Assembly (NCBI GenBank): GCA_947496375.1
Contig: CANMCY010000008.1
Coordinates: forward strand, 16,817-80,816
Reading direction: 5' to 3'
Source of the DNA: Flavobacteriales bacterium
GTDB lineage: Bacteria; Bacteroidota; Bacteroidia; NS11-12g; UBA955
DNA length: 64,000 nt
Numbering within the stretch: position 1 is the stretch's first letter; each line of letters starts with the position of its first letter. Shown here in pieces: positions 38,527-49,885 of this stretch. Both the position numbers and the translations under genes were made by a program. Under the pieces are notes generated by a model. That model was not told the origin of the DNA and made no database searches. It saw only the letters and a list, made by a program, of their open reading frames with translations.

Positions 38527-39212
38527 TGCGTTCTATCGATAAAAAAGGGATAGTTAGAGTGGCCGCTGTTGCGGCCATTATTCTTTTGCCCATACTGGGA
38601 ATTTTCTATCTGGGAAAAGCCAAATGGGTGCATAAGCCCCTTGACTATCTTGGCCAAACAGAAACATTGCCGGATGGTACCAAGCAATATCATACCCTGA
38701 GTGATATTCAGCTCACCGATCATACAGGGAAAACAATAAACCTGGCCGGTTTTGACTCCTGTGTCATTGTGGCCAACATCTTCTTTGCCAGCTGCCCTGA
38801 GATTTGTCCGGAAATGAACAAACAGGTGCAGACCATCGCTGAGAAGTTTTACCGAAACCCCAAAGTGCGTTTTTTGTCTGTTTCTATAGATCCGGAGTCC
38901 GATAGTGTGCCGGTATTGAAGAATTATGCAGCCCGTTTTCGCGCAGATCGCCTGAACTGGCAGTTTTGTACCGGTTCCAAAAAAGAAATCTACGATTGGG
39001 TAATCAATGATTTATTGCTGGCCACCGAGCAAAAAGGGCAGGATTTTATACACGACGATAAGGTCGTTATTATTGACAGAGACAAGCATGTGCGCGCCAT
39101 ATTGCCTACGCGTGGCGATAAAAACAGAGACCGATTTGAAGCGTTAAAAAGGATAGAGGAAGACATTAATAACCTTTTGTATGAATACAGACAAAAAGAA
39201 CTGGATAAGTGA
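38526..39212 (+). CDS. SCO-family copper chaperone
   Basis: FFASCPEIC (CxxxC), SIDPE.D, distal His. Confidence 0.92.
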   Translation: MRSIDKKGIVRVAAVAAIILLPILGIFYLGKAKWVHKPLDYLGQTETLPDGTKQYHTLSDIQLTDHTGKTINLAGFDSCVIVANIFFASCPEICPEMNKQVQTIAEKFYRNPKVRFLSVSIDPESDSVPVLKNYAARFRADRLNWQFCTGSKKEIYDWVINDLLLATEQKGQDFIHDDKVVIIDRDKHVRAILPTRGDKNRDRFEALKRIEEDINNLLYEYRQKELDK

Positions 39213-39741
39213 CAAGGCCTTTTTCTGGCTGGTAACAGGCGTGAGTATTGCTGTGCTCGCTGTGGTAGTTTTACTGAGGTACCTACCTTCCGAATACAGA
39301 CCCAATTTTCATCTTGCCAGGCATTTGCCGTTTCTGAATGCTGTCCTCAATTCCTGCGTTTCTGTTTGCCTGATGCTCGGTTACTACATGATTCGCGTTA
39401 AGAAAAACAAGGGAATGCACCAGTTTTTTATGCTGCTGGCATTCGTTATTTCATCCCTGTTTTTAGTGAGTTATGTGGCGTATCATACCAGCATGGATCA
39501 TACGCCATACTGCGGAGATGGCTTCATGAAGTCGCTCTATTTGATTATCCTATTCAGCCATATTCTGCTGGCCGCCATCATACTTCCTTTGGTTTTGTAT
39601 ACCATCTATTTCAGCACCACCGGAAATCTGGCAAAACATAGAAAGCTGGCCCGCTGGACATTCCCCTTATGGTTGTATGTTTCTGTAACGGGAGTTGTAG
39701 TTTATGTGTTAATTTCGCCTTGTTATCCTTGGAACCTATGA
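39181..39741 (+). CDS. DUF420-family membrane protein
   Basis: LNAVLNS, FLVSY..YH, HRKLARWTFPLWLYVSVTG. Confidence 0.9.
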   Translation: MNTDKKNWISDKAFFWLVTGVSIAVLAVVVLLRYLPSEYRPNFHLARHLPFLNAVLNSCVSVCLMLGYYMIRVKKNKGMHQFFMLLAFVISSLFLVSYVAYHTSMDHTPYCGDGFMKSLYLIILFSHILLAAIILPLVLYTIYFSTTGNLAKHRKLARWTFPLWLYVSVTGVVVYVLISPCYPWNL

Positions 39742-39977
39742 GAAAGCTATTATTTACCCTGATTTTTGCTGTGTCACTGGTTTTTACCACCGGTTTAAAT
39801 GCACAGTGTCCCATGTGTAAAACAGCATTGAAAAGCAACCAGACCAACAAAAAGGGAGCTTCTGTAGGGAATGGCATCAACAAGGGTATTCTGTTTTTGC
39901 TGGCAACCCCGTATTTGCTGGTAGGTGCGGCGGGTTTTGCGTGGTACAACTATAGAAGAACCCGCAGAGATGCATAA
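39738..39977 (+). CDS. small exported membrane protein with AQCPMC motif
   Basis: signal peptide, AQCPMCK, GINKGILFLL..PY TM; ATGA coupling. Confidence 0.75.
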   Translation: MRKLLFTLIFAVSLVFTTGLNAQCPMCKTALKSNQTNKKGASVGNGINKGILFLLATPYLLVGAAGFAWYNYRRTRRDA

Positions 39978-40362
39978 TCTAAAGCATCCGAGACCCAGAT
40001 TCATCAGTTTTTTGCTTTGTCGTTGTCCACGTTGTGGCAAGGATAAGGTTTTTCCTAACAGTATTCTGAATATGGGGAAATTTGCTGAAACCCAGTATGA
40101 GTGCAAGCAATGTAAATTAAATTATGAGCCCGAGCCCGGTTTTTTCTTTGGTGCCATGTACTGGAGTTACGCCATCATAGTAGGTATTATCATCACCCTG
40201 AGCGTGGTTTTTAATCTGCTTAATCTGTTTGATTATGCCATTGCGGCAATCCCTATTGCCATAGTGATTCTACTTCCAATCATATTTCGATACAGCAGAA
40301 TGCTGATGTTGTATGTGGTGTATCCCGCCATGTATAGTGAGCAGTATCATAAGAAAGCATAA
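39970..40362 (+). CDS. DUF983-like zinc-ribbon membrane protein
   Basis: CPRC..CKQC, EPGFFFGAMY, 2 TM helices, RYSR. Confidence 0.82.
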   Translation: MHNLKHPRPRFISFLLCRCPRCGKDKVFPNSILNMGKFAETQYECKQCKLNYEPEPGFFFGAMYWSYAIIVGIIITLSVVFNLLNLFDYAIAAIPIAIVILLPIIFRYSRMLMLYVVYPAMYSEQYHKKA

Positions 40363-40388
40363 AAAAAGACTGCCTAAGCAGTCTTTTT
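40363..40388. terminator. bidirectional terminator between the cox operon and recA
   Basis: AAAAAGACTGC-CTAA-GCAGTCTTTTT. Confidence 0.85.
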
Positions 40389-40412
40389 ATTTAATCAGGT
40401 TAGTATAGGAAT

Positions 40413-41444
40413 TTACGAGGCTTCGCCTGGCTGAACTGCCACTACTTCTTCGCCGGCAGCATTTTTAGCTTTGATTTTGCCTTCAATTTCCTGGAGCAGT
40501 TCGGGGTTGTCTTCCAGCAATTCTTTTACTGAATCGCGTCCTTGACCAAGTTTGGTTCCGCCGAAGCTGAACCAGCTGCCGCTTTTTTGCACAACACCGG
40601 CATCTACGGCGATGTCCAGTACTTCACCCACACGGCTGATGCCTTTGCCATACATAATGTCAAATTCAACCACGCGGAAGGGTGGGGCCACCTTGTTTTT
40701 GGCCACTTTTACCTTGGTGCGGTTGCCTATAATGTCTTCGCCGTCCTTGATTTGTCCGATGCGTCGTATATCCAGGCGGATGGAGGCATAAAATTTCAGG
40801 GCATTACCACCGGTGGTAGTCTCAGGGTTGCCAAACATGATGCCAATTTTTTCTCTGAGCTGGTTAATGAATATGGCAACACAGCCGGTTTTGCTGATGG
40901 TGCCGGTGAGTTTACGCAGTGCCTGGCTCATCAGTCGGGCCTGCAAACCTACTTTGCTATCACCCATGTCGCCTTCTATTTCTGCACGGGGCACCAGTGC
41001 AGCCACAGAATCTATAACCAGCACATCAATGGCACCGGAACGAATGAGGTTATCGGCAATTTCAAGGGCCTGTTCTCCGTCATCGGGCTGAGATATGAGC
41101 AGATTGGCTGTGTCAATACCCAGTTTTTCTGCGTATAATTTATCAAAGGCGTGTTCGGCATCCACAAAGGCGCAAATGCCGCCTTTTTTCTGTGCTTCTG
41201 CAATGGTATGCATGGCAATGGTGGTTTTACCTGATGATTCCGGTCCGTAAATTTCAATGATACGACCGCGGGGAAATCCGCCAACACCCAATGCCAGGTC
41301 AAGGCTGAAAGATCCTGTTGATACAACATCTACCGCAATGGAGCGGGTATCGTCCATCTTCATTACGACGCCCTTGCCGTAGGTTTTTTCCAGCCGCTCT
41401 ATCGTGGCTTTCAGGGCTTTCATTTTCTCATTTTGTTCACTCAT
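40413..41444 (-). CDS. recA: recombinase A
   Basis: [34 protein letters not shown]. Confidence 0.99.
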   Translation of the reverse strand: MSEQNEKMKALKATIERLEKTYGKGVVMKMDDTRSIAVDVVSTGSFSLDLALGVGGFPRGRIIEIYGPESSGKTTIAMHTIAEAQKKGGICAFVDAEHAFDKLYAEKLGIDTANLLISQPDDGEQALEIADNLIRSGAIDVLVIDSVAALVPRAEIEGDMGDSKVGLQARLMSQALRKLTGTISKTGCVAIFINQLREKIGIMFGNPETTTGGNALKFYASIRLDIRRIGQIKDGEDIIGNRTKVKVAKNKVAPPFRVVEFDIMYGKGISRVGEVLDIAVDAGVVQKSGSWFSFGGTKLGQGRDSVKELLEDNPELLQEIEGKIKAKNAAGEEVVAVQPGEAS

Positions 41445-41494
41445 GATTCGATTTGATTAAAATTATCGGATAAAAATATTTGTAATTGCTGGTT

Positions 41495-41511
41495 CAAAAG
41501 TAATACATTTG
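41495..41511. promoter_or_regulatory. back-to-back -7 boxes for recA (-) and radC (+)
   Basis: TACTTTTG on minus (41495-41502) and TACATTTG on plus (41504-41511). Confidence 0.55.
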
Positions 41512-41551
41512 AAAAATATTTACACATTATTTTGTCAAAAAAATTATCAAC

Positions 41552-42238
41552 ATGTTTGAGTCACTGCCTATTAAACTTTGGAATGAGGACGATCGTCCAC
41601 GCGAAAAAATGGCCACCAAAGGCCGTCAGAACCTTAGTGATGCCGAATTGTTGGCCATACTAATCGGCCACGGCACCCGAAGCCACAGCGCCCTGGATCT
41701 GGGAAAGATAATACTACAGCGTTTTCATGGCAATTTACATGAACTGGCCCGGGCCAGCATTCAAGATCTTTGTGCCATACCCGGAATAGGGAATGCCAAA
41801 GCCATCAGCATTATGGCTGCCATGGAACTGGCAGCGCGTAAAAAACAATCTGTTGCCAAATTTTCCAGGGTCACCAACAGCAGGGATGCTTATGATCAAT
41901 TACGGGGTCAGATGGAAGATTTGAACCATGAGGTTTTTTGGGTGATTTACCTGAACCAGAATAACCGAATTATCGGAATGGAAAGAATCAGTGAGGGTGG
42001 GATGACAGGCACGGTCATCGATGTGAGAATATTGCTGAGAAAAGTGCTGGAGCGGCTGGCCTGCGGAATTGTCATTGCCCACAATCATCCCAGCGGAAAC
42101 CTGGTGCCGAGTGAGCCGGACCTGAAAATTACCCGACAAATAGAACACGCCTGCAAGCTGATCGATGTGGCGCTGATGGATCATCTGATTATTGGTGCTT
42201 CGGGCTATTACAGCTTCAAAGACGAGGGTAAATTTTAA
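41552..42238 (+). CDS. radC: RadC/JAB-domain protein
   Basis: DRPREK, LSDAELLAIL, HhH GIGNAKA, HNHPSG..S..D, DHLII. Confidence 0.95.
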   Translation: MFESLPIKLWNEDDRPREKMATKGRQNLSDAELLAILIGHGTRSHSALDLGKIILQRFHGNLHELARASIQDLCAIPGIGNAKAISIMAAMELAARKKQSVAKFSRVTNSRDAYDQLRGQMEDLNHEVFWVIYLNQNNRIIGMERISEGGMTGTVIDVRILLRKVLERLACGIVIAHNHPSGNLVPSEPDLKITRQIEHACKLIDVALMDHLIIGASGYYSFKDEGKF

Positions 42239-42292
42239 GCAGTTTTTACCAAACTGTGAGCCGCATTTTTTGTTAAATTTGCATACACAATT

Positions 42293-45184
42293 ATGCAATT
42301 ACACACGCGTTATTCCGAGAAATTTGAGGACCGTCATATTGGCCCTCGTGCTTCTGATTTGCCTGAGATGTTGAAAACCATTGGGGTAGATTCTATGGAA
42401 ACCCTCATCAATAAAACCGTGCCTGCGGGGATTCGTCTGCCACAGCCACTGAATATTGGTGAGCCCATGAGTGAGTCCGCTTTTCTTGAAATGCTGAAAA
42501 CCAAAGCTGAAAAGAACAAAATTTATAAAAATTACATGGGTATGGGTTATTACGGTACCCACACCCCGGGTGTGATTCTTCGCAACATCATGGAGAACCC
42601 CGGCTGGTATACCCAATATACGCCATATCAGGCGGAGATAGCCCAGGGGCGTCTGGAAGCGTTGCTCAATTACCAGACCATGATTATCGACCTTACGGGT
42701 ATGGAGATTGCAAACGCATCTCTTCTCGATGAAGGAACTGCAGCCGCCGAAGCCATACACATGTTTCTGGGGGTGGCACCCAAGGGTCAGGGAATGAAGT
42801 TTTTTGTGGATGAAAACATTTTCCCTCAGACCAAAGACATTCTGATTACCCGCTCGGAGCCCATTGGTGTAGAACTGGTTTTTGGCAACTATAAAACCTT
42901 CAACCCGGATACTACTTACTTTGGTGCCGTTGTGCAGTATCCCAATGATAAAGGGAGTATTGAGGATTACCGCGAATTTGCACAGCAGTGTAAATCGCAC
43001 AATGTAAAAACCTGCTTTATTGCCGATATACTTTCACTTACGGTTCTTACCCCTCCGGGTGAGATGGGCGCCGATTGTGTGGTAGGAAGTACGCAGCGCT
43101 TTGGTGTTCCCATGGGTTTTGGCGGACCCCATGCCGCTTACATGGCAGCCAAAGATGAACACAAACGTCACATGCCGGGCCGTATCATCGGTGTAAGCAT
43201 AGACCGAAATGGCAACCGTGCCTTGCGTATGGCCCTCCAAACCCGCGAACAGCACATCAAGCGTCAGAATGCTACCTCCAATATTTGCACAGCACAGGTT
43301 TTGCTGAGTATAATGGCGGGAATGTATGGCTGCTACCACGGTCCCGACGGGCTGAAAAAGATAGCCGGCAGAATACATGCCATTGCCTCTGAACTTGCCC
43401 GTGGCATTGAGTCAGCAAGCGGTGTTTACAAGGTGTTGAACCAACATTTCTTCGATACATTGTATATCGAAGTGCCGAGTGCCAACACAATAAGGACGCT
43501 CGCAGAAGCGGCCGGTATCAACCTGCGTTATTTTGACGATACCCATGTAGGTGTGTCGGTGGATGAAACCACCACTGCCGAAGATGCCAATGCCCTGCTG
43601 CAGATTTTCAGCAAAGCCGTTGACGGTAAGCTTGTTCAGGTAAGCGATTCGGCCCAAAGCCGCATACCCGCTGCCCTTCAGCGTACTTCCAACTACATGC
43701 TGCATCCGGTATTCAATACCCTGCAGTCAGAGCACGAAATGTTGCGCTACATACGCGGTTTGGAGAGCAAAGACCTGAGTCTTTGCCACAGCATGATTTC
43801 ATTGGGAAGCTGTACCATGAAGCTGAATGCCACCACTGAGATGATTCCCGTAACCTGGCCTGCGTTCAACGCACTGCATCCTTTTGCTCCTGCCGGTCAG
43901 ACAGAAGGGTACAAAGAAATTATTGATGAACTGGCCAAGGATCTGTGCGAGATTACCGGTTTTGCCGCCATGAGTCTACAGCCCAATGCCGGTTCGCAGG
44001 GCGAATATGCCGGGTTGATGGTTATCCGCGAGTACTTTAAAGATCGCGGTGAATCACACCGTAATATTGCGCTGATTCCCAGCAGTGCCCATGGTACCAA
44101 CCCTGCCAGTGCTGTAATGGCCGGTATGGAAGTGGTGGTTACTGCCTGTGATGAACATGGAAACATAGACCTCGGCGACCTGAGAGCCAAAGCCGAGCAG
44201 TACAAAGACCGCCTGGCCTGTCTGATGGTAACTTACCCCAGTACACACGGGGTGTTTGAAAGTGCCATCAAGGATATTACCGCCCTGATACATGAGTACG
44301 GCGGACAGGTGTATATGGATGGCGCCAACATGAACGCGCAGGTGGGTCTCACCAGCCCCGGTATGATCGGTGCAGATGTATGCCACCTTAACCTTCACAA
44401 AACGTTCTGCATTCCTCACGGTGGTGGTGGACCCGGTATGGGCCCGATTGGTGTTGCTGCACATCTGGCGCCCTACCTGCCCGGACACACTGTGGTGAAA
44501 ACCGGTGGCGAAAAAGCCATGCATGCCGTAAGTGCCGCACCCTGGGGCAGTGCTAGCATTCTGCTTATATCCTATGCCTACATTAAGATGATGGGTGGCA
44601 AAGGACTTACCAATGCTACCGAATGGGCCATCCTAAATGCCAACTACATGAAAGCTCGCCTGGAGGCCGAATATCCTGTTCTTTACAGCGGTGAAAACGG
44701 TTTCTGCGCCCATGAAATGATTCTGGATACCCGCAAATTCAAAAACTCTGCCGGTATTGAAGCGGCTGATTTTGCCAAGCGCCTGATGGATTATGGTTTC
44801 CATGCTCCAACCGTTTCGTTCCCTGTGGGTGGTACATTGATGGTAGAACCTACCGAGAGCGAAAGCAAGGAAGAATTGGATCGTTTCTGCGACGCCATGC
44901 TGGCAATCCGTGAAGAAATTCGCGAAGTGGAAGATGGAAAGGCAGACAAGGAAGACAATGTGCTGAAAAACGCACCTCATACTGCTGCTGAAATTGCTTC
45001 AGATTCATGGGCGCATACCTACGGACGTGAAAAGGCCGCCTATCCTGCGCCTTTTGTGGCCGCCAAGAAATTCTGGCCTTCTGTGGCCCGTGTTAATGAC
45101 ACGTATGGCGACAGAAATCTGGTATGTGCTTGTTTGCCTATGGAAGCCTACATGAGTGCTGAAGCCAAGCCGGCCACCGCTTGA
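42293..45184 (+). CDS. gcvP: glycine dehydrogenase (glycine cleavage P protein)
   Basis: [47 protein letters not shown]. Confidence 0.98.
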   Translation: MQLHTRYSEKFEDRHIGPRASDLPEMLKTIGVDSMETLINKTVPAGIRLPQPLNIGEPMSESAFLEMLKTKAEKNKIYKNYMGMGYYGTHTPGVILRNIMENPGWYTQYTPYQAEIAQGRLEALLNYQTMIIDLTGMEIANASLLDEGTAAAEAIHMFLGVAPKGQGMKFFVDENIFPQTKDILITRSEPIGVELVFGNYKTFNPDTTYFGAVVQYPNDKGSIEDYREFAQQCKSHNVKTCFIADILSLTVLTPPGEMGADCVVGSTQRFGVPMGFGGPHAAYMAAKDEHKRHMPGRIIGVSIDRNGNRALRMALQTREQHIKRQNATSNICTAQVLLSIMAGMYGCYHGPDGLKKIAGRIHAIASELARGIESASGVYKVLNQHFFDTLYIEVPSANTIRTLAEAAGINLRYFDDTHVGVSVDETTTAEDANALLQIFSKAVDGKLVQVSDSAQSRIPAALQRTSNYMLHPVFNTLQSEHEMLRYIRGLESKDLSLCHSMISLGSCTMKLNATTEMIPVTWPAFNALHPFAPAGQTEGYKEIIDELAKDLCEITGFAAMSLQPNAGSQGEYAGLMVIREYFKDRGESHRNIALIPSSAHGTNPASAVMAGMEVVVTACDEHGNIDLGDLRAKAEQYKDRLACLMVTYPSTHGVFESAIKDITALIHEYGGQVYMDGANMNAQVGLTSPGMIGADVCHLNLHKTFCIPHGGGGPGMGPIGVAAHLAPYLPGHTVVKTGGEKAMHAVSAAPWGSASILLISYAYIKMMGGKGLTNATEWAILNANYMKARLEAEYPVLYSGENGFCAHEMILDTRKFKNSAGIEAADFAKRLMDYGFHAPTVSFPVGGTLMVEPTESESKEELDRFCDAMLAIREEIREVEDGKADKEDNVLKNAPHTAAEIASDSWAHTYGREKAAYPAPFVAAKKFWPSVARVNDTYGDRNLVCACLPMEAYMSAEAKPATA

Positions 45185-46689
45185 TTAAGGCGATTAAACA
45201 TATTTTCAATATACAGGGAACCGGGTTTTTTGCCTGGTTCTTTGTTTTATACGCAGTTTTGGGTTTTGCTACCCTGCATCGCTACGGTGTGCATTACGAT
45301 GAATTAACCCAACGCACTATCGGAATTGAAAATGCCCGTTACATAGCAGGGTGGGGCAAGTATGAAGATATTGAGAAGCATAAGTATTTTGGGCCTCTGT
45401 TTGAAACCCCTGCCTATTTGCTGGAACAGCTGGTTTTTACATCACCTATGCAAACCAAGCTATTGCTTAGGAGGGCGCTGTTGTTCTCGATATTTTTATT
45501 ATCGGTTTTTGGGATTTACCGAATCGGGCGCCAATTGTTTCAAAATCATGCAACCGCTATGATTACGGCAATTGCCTATGCCTGCTGGCCCCGATTGTTT
45601 GCCGAAGCGCACTATAATTCCAAGGATGTATTTTTTCTGTGTATGGGTGTTTTTGTGCTATGGGCGCTGTCGGTGGCTACCCGTAAAGGGAAGTTTCCAT
45701 GGGCTGCCTGTATGCTGGCCGGCATGGCATGTACGGTTAGGATTGCAGGCGTTTTTTATTTTATTCCGGTGCTTTGGGTATTAATGCACTATCGTTTTCA
45801 ATATAAACGGGTTTATGCATTGTTATTGGGAATAATCGTTTTTGTTATTTCCTGGTATATTGTATATCCGGCAGTCTGGAAATCCCCACTGGAAAGCTTT
45901 ATCGGTATATTGCGATATGCTCATGAAAATCCCTGGCCTTCTCCAACCATACTGGCAGGAAAATCAATGATCCCCGGCAATGTTCCTGCTTATTATGCCT
46001 TTTTATGGATGTTGGTTACACTTCCTGTGTTTTATATAATATTGTTTTTGGTGGGATTATATTCATCCATAAAAATATTTCGAAAATCATACATTATTCA
46101 ATTTGTGATTATATTATTTTTGGTTACGGTCTCGTATTTAATCATCCAAAAACCTACGCTATACAACGGCTGGAGACATGTGTATTTTTTATATATACCA
46201 CTCGTTATTTTGGCAGGGGTTGCTATAGATTCATTCGTAAGCAGCATGAGTTTTAAAAAAACAATGGTGGTATTTTTAGTGTTTCCTTTGTTTTTATTAA
46301 TTCATTTAAAACACGATTTTGTTTATTTTAATTCGATTAAAAATATATGGAAACCGGGTTCATTCAGCATGGATTACTGGGGTATCAGTACTCGAGATGC
46401 CATGTTGAAATGCAATGTAAATCCATGGGAAAAATACCATGATTGTGTTATGCCTGTGAGGGTTTATGCTTTTACCGAAACAGTTTGGTTAAATAAGCAG
46501 ATACTTGGCAATAAAGCATTGAATATACAGGAGGTAAAATCGGCAGATAGCGCTGATTTTGTGCTGGTTTTAAACCGTGAAGGAAAACTGGATCATTATA
46601 AACTTCCGGTGTTTGCCAAAGATGTTTACGGTGGCGATACCCTTTGGGTGGTTTATGACAGGCGGTCTGAGAACAGATATAATCGCTGA
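45181..46689 (+). CDS. GT-C (ArnT/PMT-like) membrane glycosyltransferase
   Basis: YG..YDE loop, YNSKD, LYNGWRH, DYWG, about 12 TM helices; TTG start overlapping the gcvP stop. Confidence 0.72.
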   Translation: MIKAIKHIFNIQGTGFFAWFFVLYAVLGFATLHRYGVHYDELTQRTIGIENARYIAGWGKYEDIEKHKYFGPLFETPAYLLEQLVFTSPMQTKLLLRRALLFSIFLLSVFGIYRIGRQLFQNHATAMITAIAYACWPRLFAEAHYNSKDVFFLCMGVFVLWALSVATRKGKFPWAACMLAGMACTVRIAGVFYFIPVLWVLMHYRFQYKRVYALLLGIIVFVISWYIVYPAVWKSPLESFIGILRYAHENPWPSPTILAGKSMIPGNVPAYYAFLWMLVTLPVFYIILFLVGLYSSIKIFRKSYIIQFVIILFLVTVSYLIIQKPTLYNGWRHVYFLYIPLVILAGVAIDSFVSSMSFKKTMVVFLVFPLFLLIHLKHDFVYFNSIKNIWKPGSFSMDYWGISTRDAMLKCNVNPWEKYHDCVMPVRVYAFTETVWLNKQILGNKALNIQEVKSADSADFVLVLNREGKLDHYKLPVFAKDVYGGDTLWVVYDRRSENRYNR

Positions 46690-47087
46690 TGGTCGAGATG
46701 TTCGATTTTTACATGCAGGCAGTTTTCACCCTCAAGTAAGGCGGCGCCTACTTCCGGCCATTCTATCAGCATCAGGCAATCATCGTTGTGGATGTATTCC
46801 AGGAGTCCTGCATCTACTAATTCATCTGCGCTCTTCGCCCTGTACCAGTCTGTATGGCAAACCAGCCGCCCTTTTCCGGTGTGATATTCATTTACAATGC
46901 CGAATGTGGGGCTGCTTACCGCATCAGCGCTGTTGGTGAATTTTAACAGTGCCCGGATTAACGTTGTTTTTCCTGCCCCCAGATCTCCGGTAAATGTGAT
47001 GATACGCGGTGAAGGATTGAGCTGGGTAATGTAAGCAATCACTTCTCCAATGCCGGCTTCATCCAGCGGGCCCATGCGCATTGTCAT
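46653..47087 (-). CDS. tsaE: tRNA threonylcarbamoyladenosine biosynthesis ATPase
   Basis: GDLGAGKTT, VSSPTF, H.D.YR, IEWPE. Confidence 0.95.
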   Translation of the reverse strand: MTMRMGPLDEAGIGEVIAYITQLNPSPRIITFTGDLGAGKTTLIRALLKFTNSADAVSSPTFGIVNEYHTGKGRLVCHTDWYRAKSADELVDAGLLEYIHNDDCLMLIEWPEVGAALLEGENCLHVKIEHLDHQRLYLFSDRLS

Positions 47088-48646
47088 CAGGATTTAGGGC
47101 TTAGGGTTATGAGCGGGCAGCACATCTCTTCCAGACTGATTCCACCGTGCTGAAAGGTATTTCGGTAGTGATTTACGTAGTAGTTATAATTGTTGGGGTA
47201 GGCGAAAAAGTCGTTTTCACGGGCAAACACAAAGGCACTGCTCATATGCAGTGTTGGTAGAAAAGCATCCTGGGGCTTTTTAACTTCCAGTACCTCTTTG
47301 GGGTTGTAGGTAAGACTTTTACCCTGTTTGTAGCGCAGGTTAGAATTTACATGTTTATCGCCGATAATTTTGATGGGGTCTTTTACCCTGATGCTACCGT
47401 GGTCGGTGGTAATCACTACCCTGCAGGGTTTTTCAGCGATGCGCTGAAGGGCTTCCCACAGCGCACTGTGCTTAAACCAGGTAGCCATCACATTGCGGTA
47501 GGCCGTTTCGTCTTCGGCCAGCTCGCGCACCACGTGTATGTCGGTTCTGGCATGACTAAAATTATCAACGAAGTTGTAAACCAGCACATTCAGTTTGTTT
47601 TGGAACATGTTAGGAACATTGTTCACCAGGGCTTTTCCGGCATCCAGATTGGTGATTTTGTGGTATGAGAATTTGATGTCTCTCCGCAGTCGTTTTAGCA
47701 AGTCTTCGAGAAAATCTTTTTCAAACATATTTTTGCCGCCTTCGTCTTCATCGTTGCTCCATTTGCCGGGAAAACGTTTTTCGATTTCCGAGGGCAGGAG
47801 TCCGCTGAATATGGCATTGCGGCAGTATTGCGTGGTGGTAGGAAGAATGCTCAAGTAAAGGTCTTCCTGGTCTACGCGAAATTGGTTTTGTAGGGTTTCA
47901 GAAATGGCGCGCCACTGATCGAAGCGGAGATTATCTACCAGCACCACAAACACGGGCAGGTCTCCGTCCAGCAATGGATTGATGGCGCGGCGAAACAGAT
48001 TGTGGCTCATGATGGGGCCATCGTCGCCGGTACTTTTGAGCATGCCCACGTAATGGTCAGAAACATAGCGGCAAAAGTTGCGGTTAGCGTCTGCTTTCTG
48101 GGTTTCAAAAACTTCTTTCATCCCTTCTTCTCCGCTTTCATTGAGTTCAATTTCCCAAAAAACCAGCTTTTTATATACTTCCTTCCATTCGGTAAAATCC
48201 ATTTTTTCGCTAACTGCCATGCCTATTTGCATGAATTCTTTTTGGTAGCTCTGGGTGGTGCGCTGGGTTACCAGTCTTCTTTCATCAAGATTCTTTTTTA
48301 CGGAAAGTAAAATCTGGCTGGGATTGACGGGTTTGATGAGGTAATCGGCAATTTTACTGCCGATGGCTTCCTCCATGATATGTTCTTCTTCGTTTTTGGT
48401 AATCATGATTACCGGCAGGTTGGGTTTATCCTGTTTGATGCTGGCCAGCGCGTCAAGGCCGGAGATGCCGGGCATGTTTTCATCAAGAAACACCAGGTCG
48501 AATTCCTGATTTTTCACCTGTTCAATGGCGTCTCTGCCGCTGCTCACGGTTACCATTTCATATCCTTTGCCTTCCAAAAACAGCACGTGCGGTTTCAGGA
48601 GGTCAATTTCATCATCTGCCCAGAGAATGCGCGGTTTGGTTGCCAT
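47087..48646 (-). CDS. porX: PorX response regulator (REC + PglZ domain)
   Basis: ILWADDEID, LDENMPG, DNLRFDQW, LPTTTQY.RN, TTDHG, FQHGGISLEEM; followed by tsaE. Confidence 0.94.
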   Translation of the reverse strand: MATKPRILWADDEIDLLKPHVLFLEGKGYEMVTVSSGRDAIEQVKNQEFDLVFLDENMPGISGLDALASIKQDKPNLPVIMITKNEEEHIMEEAIGSKIADYLIKPVNPSQILLSVKKNLDERRLVTQRTTQSYQKEFMQIGMAVSEKMDFTEWKEVYKKLVFWEIELNESGEEGMKEVFETQKADANRNFCRYVSDHYVGMLKSTGDDGPIMSHNLFRRAINPLLDGDLPVFVVLVDNLRFDQWRAISETLQNQFRVDQEDLYLSILPTTTQYCRNAIFSGLLPSEIEKRFPGKWSNDEDEGGKNMFEKDFLEDLLKRLRRDIKFSYHKITNLDAGKALVNNVPNMFQNKLNVLVYNFVDNFSHARTDIHVVRELAEDETAYRNVMATWFKHSALWEALQRIAEKPCRVVITTDHGSIRVKDPIKIIGDKHVNSNLRYKQGKSLTYNPKEVLEVKKPQDAFLPTLHMSSAFVFARENDFFAYPNNYNYYVNHYRNTFQHGGISLEEMCCPLITLSPKS

Positions 48647-48740
48647 AGATACCTTAAACGAAATTTATGCAAAGTTATTGGTTATTGGCCACAGAGTAAT
48701 TTAAAATATAAATGTGTTAAGTTTGTTGTTTTAAGAATTT

Positions 48741-49193
48741 ATGAATAGATACATCAAGATAGAGGGTGATTTGCTGAAATCCACAGATTCGTTTTTTCAA
48801 TTACCTAATAATCGGGATTGGTATGCTGTGAAGGATGGTGCAATTAGCCAACATAATTCTTTGGCAGATGTCATGTTTAATAATCCGGATTTTATTGTTT
48901 TTGACCGTTATGATCACGCCAAGCCAAGGCCAAATTTTATAACCTGGTACTTTGATAGTAGAATGCATCAAATTAGTCAGATACCATTTGGTCAGTGGAT
49001 GCTTGGAGAGATAAGTTTAGATGGGTATGGTAATCGCAATATTTTTAAGTTGCAGGATCCTTTGGGAGAAACGAGAAAAATTAAGTTAAGCAGATATTTA
49101 CCTAATGTCCCCGGAGAGCTCAGTAAATACATCAGTTTTAATTCATATAAAGATTACGATTCTTCAGGTAATTTGTCTCAAGCCGAGGTGTAG
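48741..49193 (+). CDS. hypothetical protein (AT-rich)
   Basis: 150-aa ORF filling the gap, preceded by TAAGTTTG box at 48718. Confidence 0.6.
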   Translation: MNRYIKIEGDLLKSTDSFFQLPNNRDWYAVKDGAISQHNSLADVMFNNPDFIVFDRYDHAKPRPNFITWYFDSRMHQISQIPFGQWMLGEISLDGYGNRNIFKLQDPLGETRKIKLSRYLPNVPGELSKYISFNSYKDYDSSGNLSQAEV

Positions 49194-49222
49194 TATTTTT
49201 TATAGTATTCTAAATTTGTAGC

Positions 49223-49885
49223 GTGTCTTCCCATCACTTTGTTCGCGACGGACAGGAACCGGCCCTTATCATTGCCAATGGTGAGGCTTGCAGCATGGAG
49301 TTGCTGGGGCAGTTGCTGGAGTGGAATCCCTATGTGCTTGTGCTGGATGGTGCCATAGAGCGGGTGATAGACCTGAATATCAGGGTGGATGCGGTTTTGG
49401 GTGATTTTGATTCTGTGGCGCCGGGATGGCAGGAGCATGCGGCGTTGCAGGGTGTTCGCATTGTGCATGCACCCAAACAGGATATGACGGATTTACAGAA
49501 GGGTATTGAGTTTCTTATTGCCGAAGGACAAGCTGCAGCGCACGTTGTATGGGCAACAGGAAGGCGCAGCGACCACCATTTTAATAATTTGGCTACCCTG
49601 CCCGCTTTTACGGGCCGCATTGAACTGGCTATCATTGATGGCCATTCGCGGATATACAATTTGCCCAGAAGTTTTAAAAAGTGGTATCCCAAAGGAACGG
49701 TCATTTCGCTGATACCGGTAATGGAGGCGGGTGGCATTCATACATCAAATCTGGAGTATGCCCTCCAAAATGAATCCCTCCATTTCCCCGGTCGAAGTGG
49801 CAGCAGCAACCGTGTTGCAGCGGATGGTTTTGTGGAAATATCCTACGAATCCGGCCATTTGCTGATGATGGAATGTTGGGACTAA
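49223..49885 (+). CDS. thiN: thiamine diphosphokinase
   Basis: IIANG, LDGA, GDFDS, QDMTDLQK, ATGRRSDH, SSN. Confidence 0.92.
   Translation: MSSHHFVRDGQEPALIIANGEACSMELLGQLLEWNPYVLVLDGAIERVIDLNIRVDAVLGDFDSVAPGWQEHAALQGVRIVHAPKQDMTDLQKGIEFLIAEGQAAAHVVWATGRRSDHHFNNLATLPAFTGRIELAIIDGHSRIYNLPRSFKKWYPKGTVISLIPVMEAGGIHTSNLEYALQNESLHFPGRSGSSNRVAADGFVEISYESGHLLMMECWD

Noticed and set aside
41552-42238. radC as a marker of a mobile element
   Set aside because: Full-length HhH plus JAB form between recA and gcvP with no mobility genes, i.e. the chromosomal type
42299-44980. Long antisense ORFs inside gcvP (similar ones in recA, lpxB, cox and the glycosyltransferase)
   Set aside because: Shadow frames of strongly conserved genes with no independent motifs
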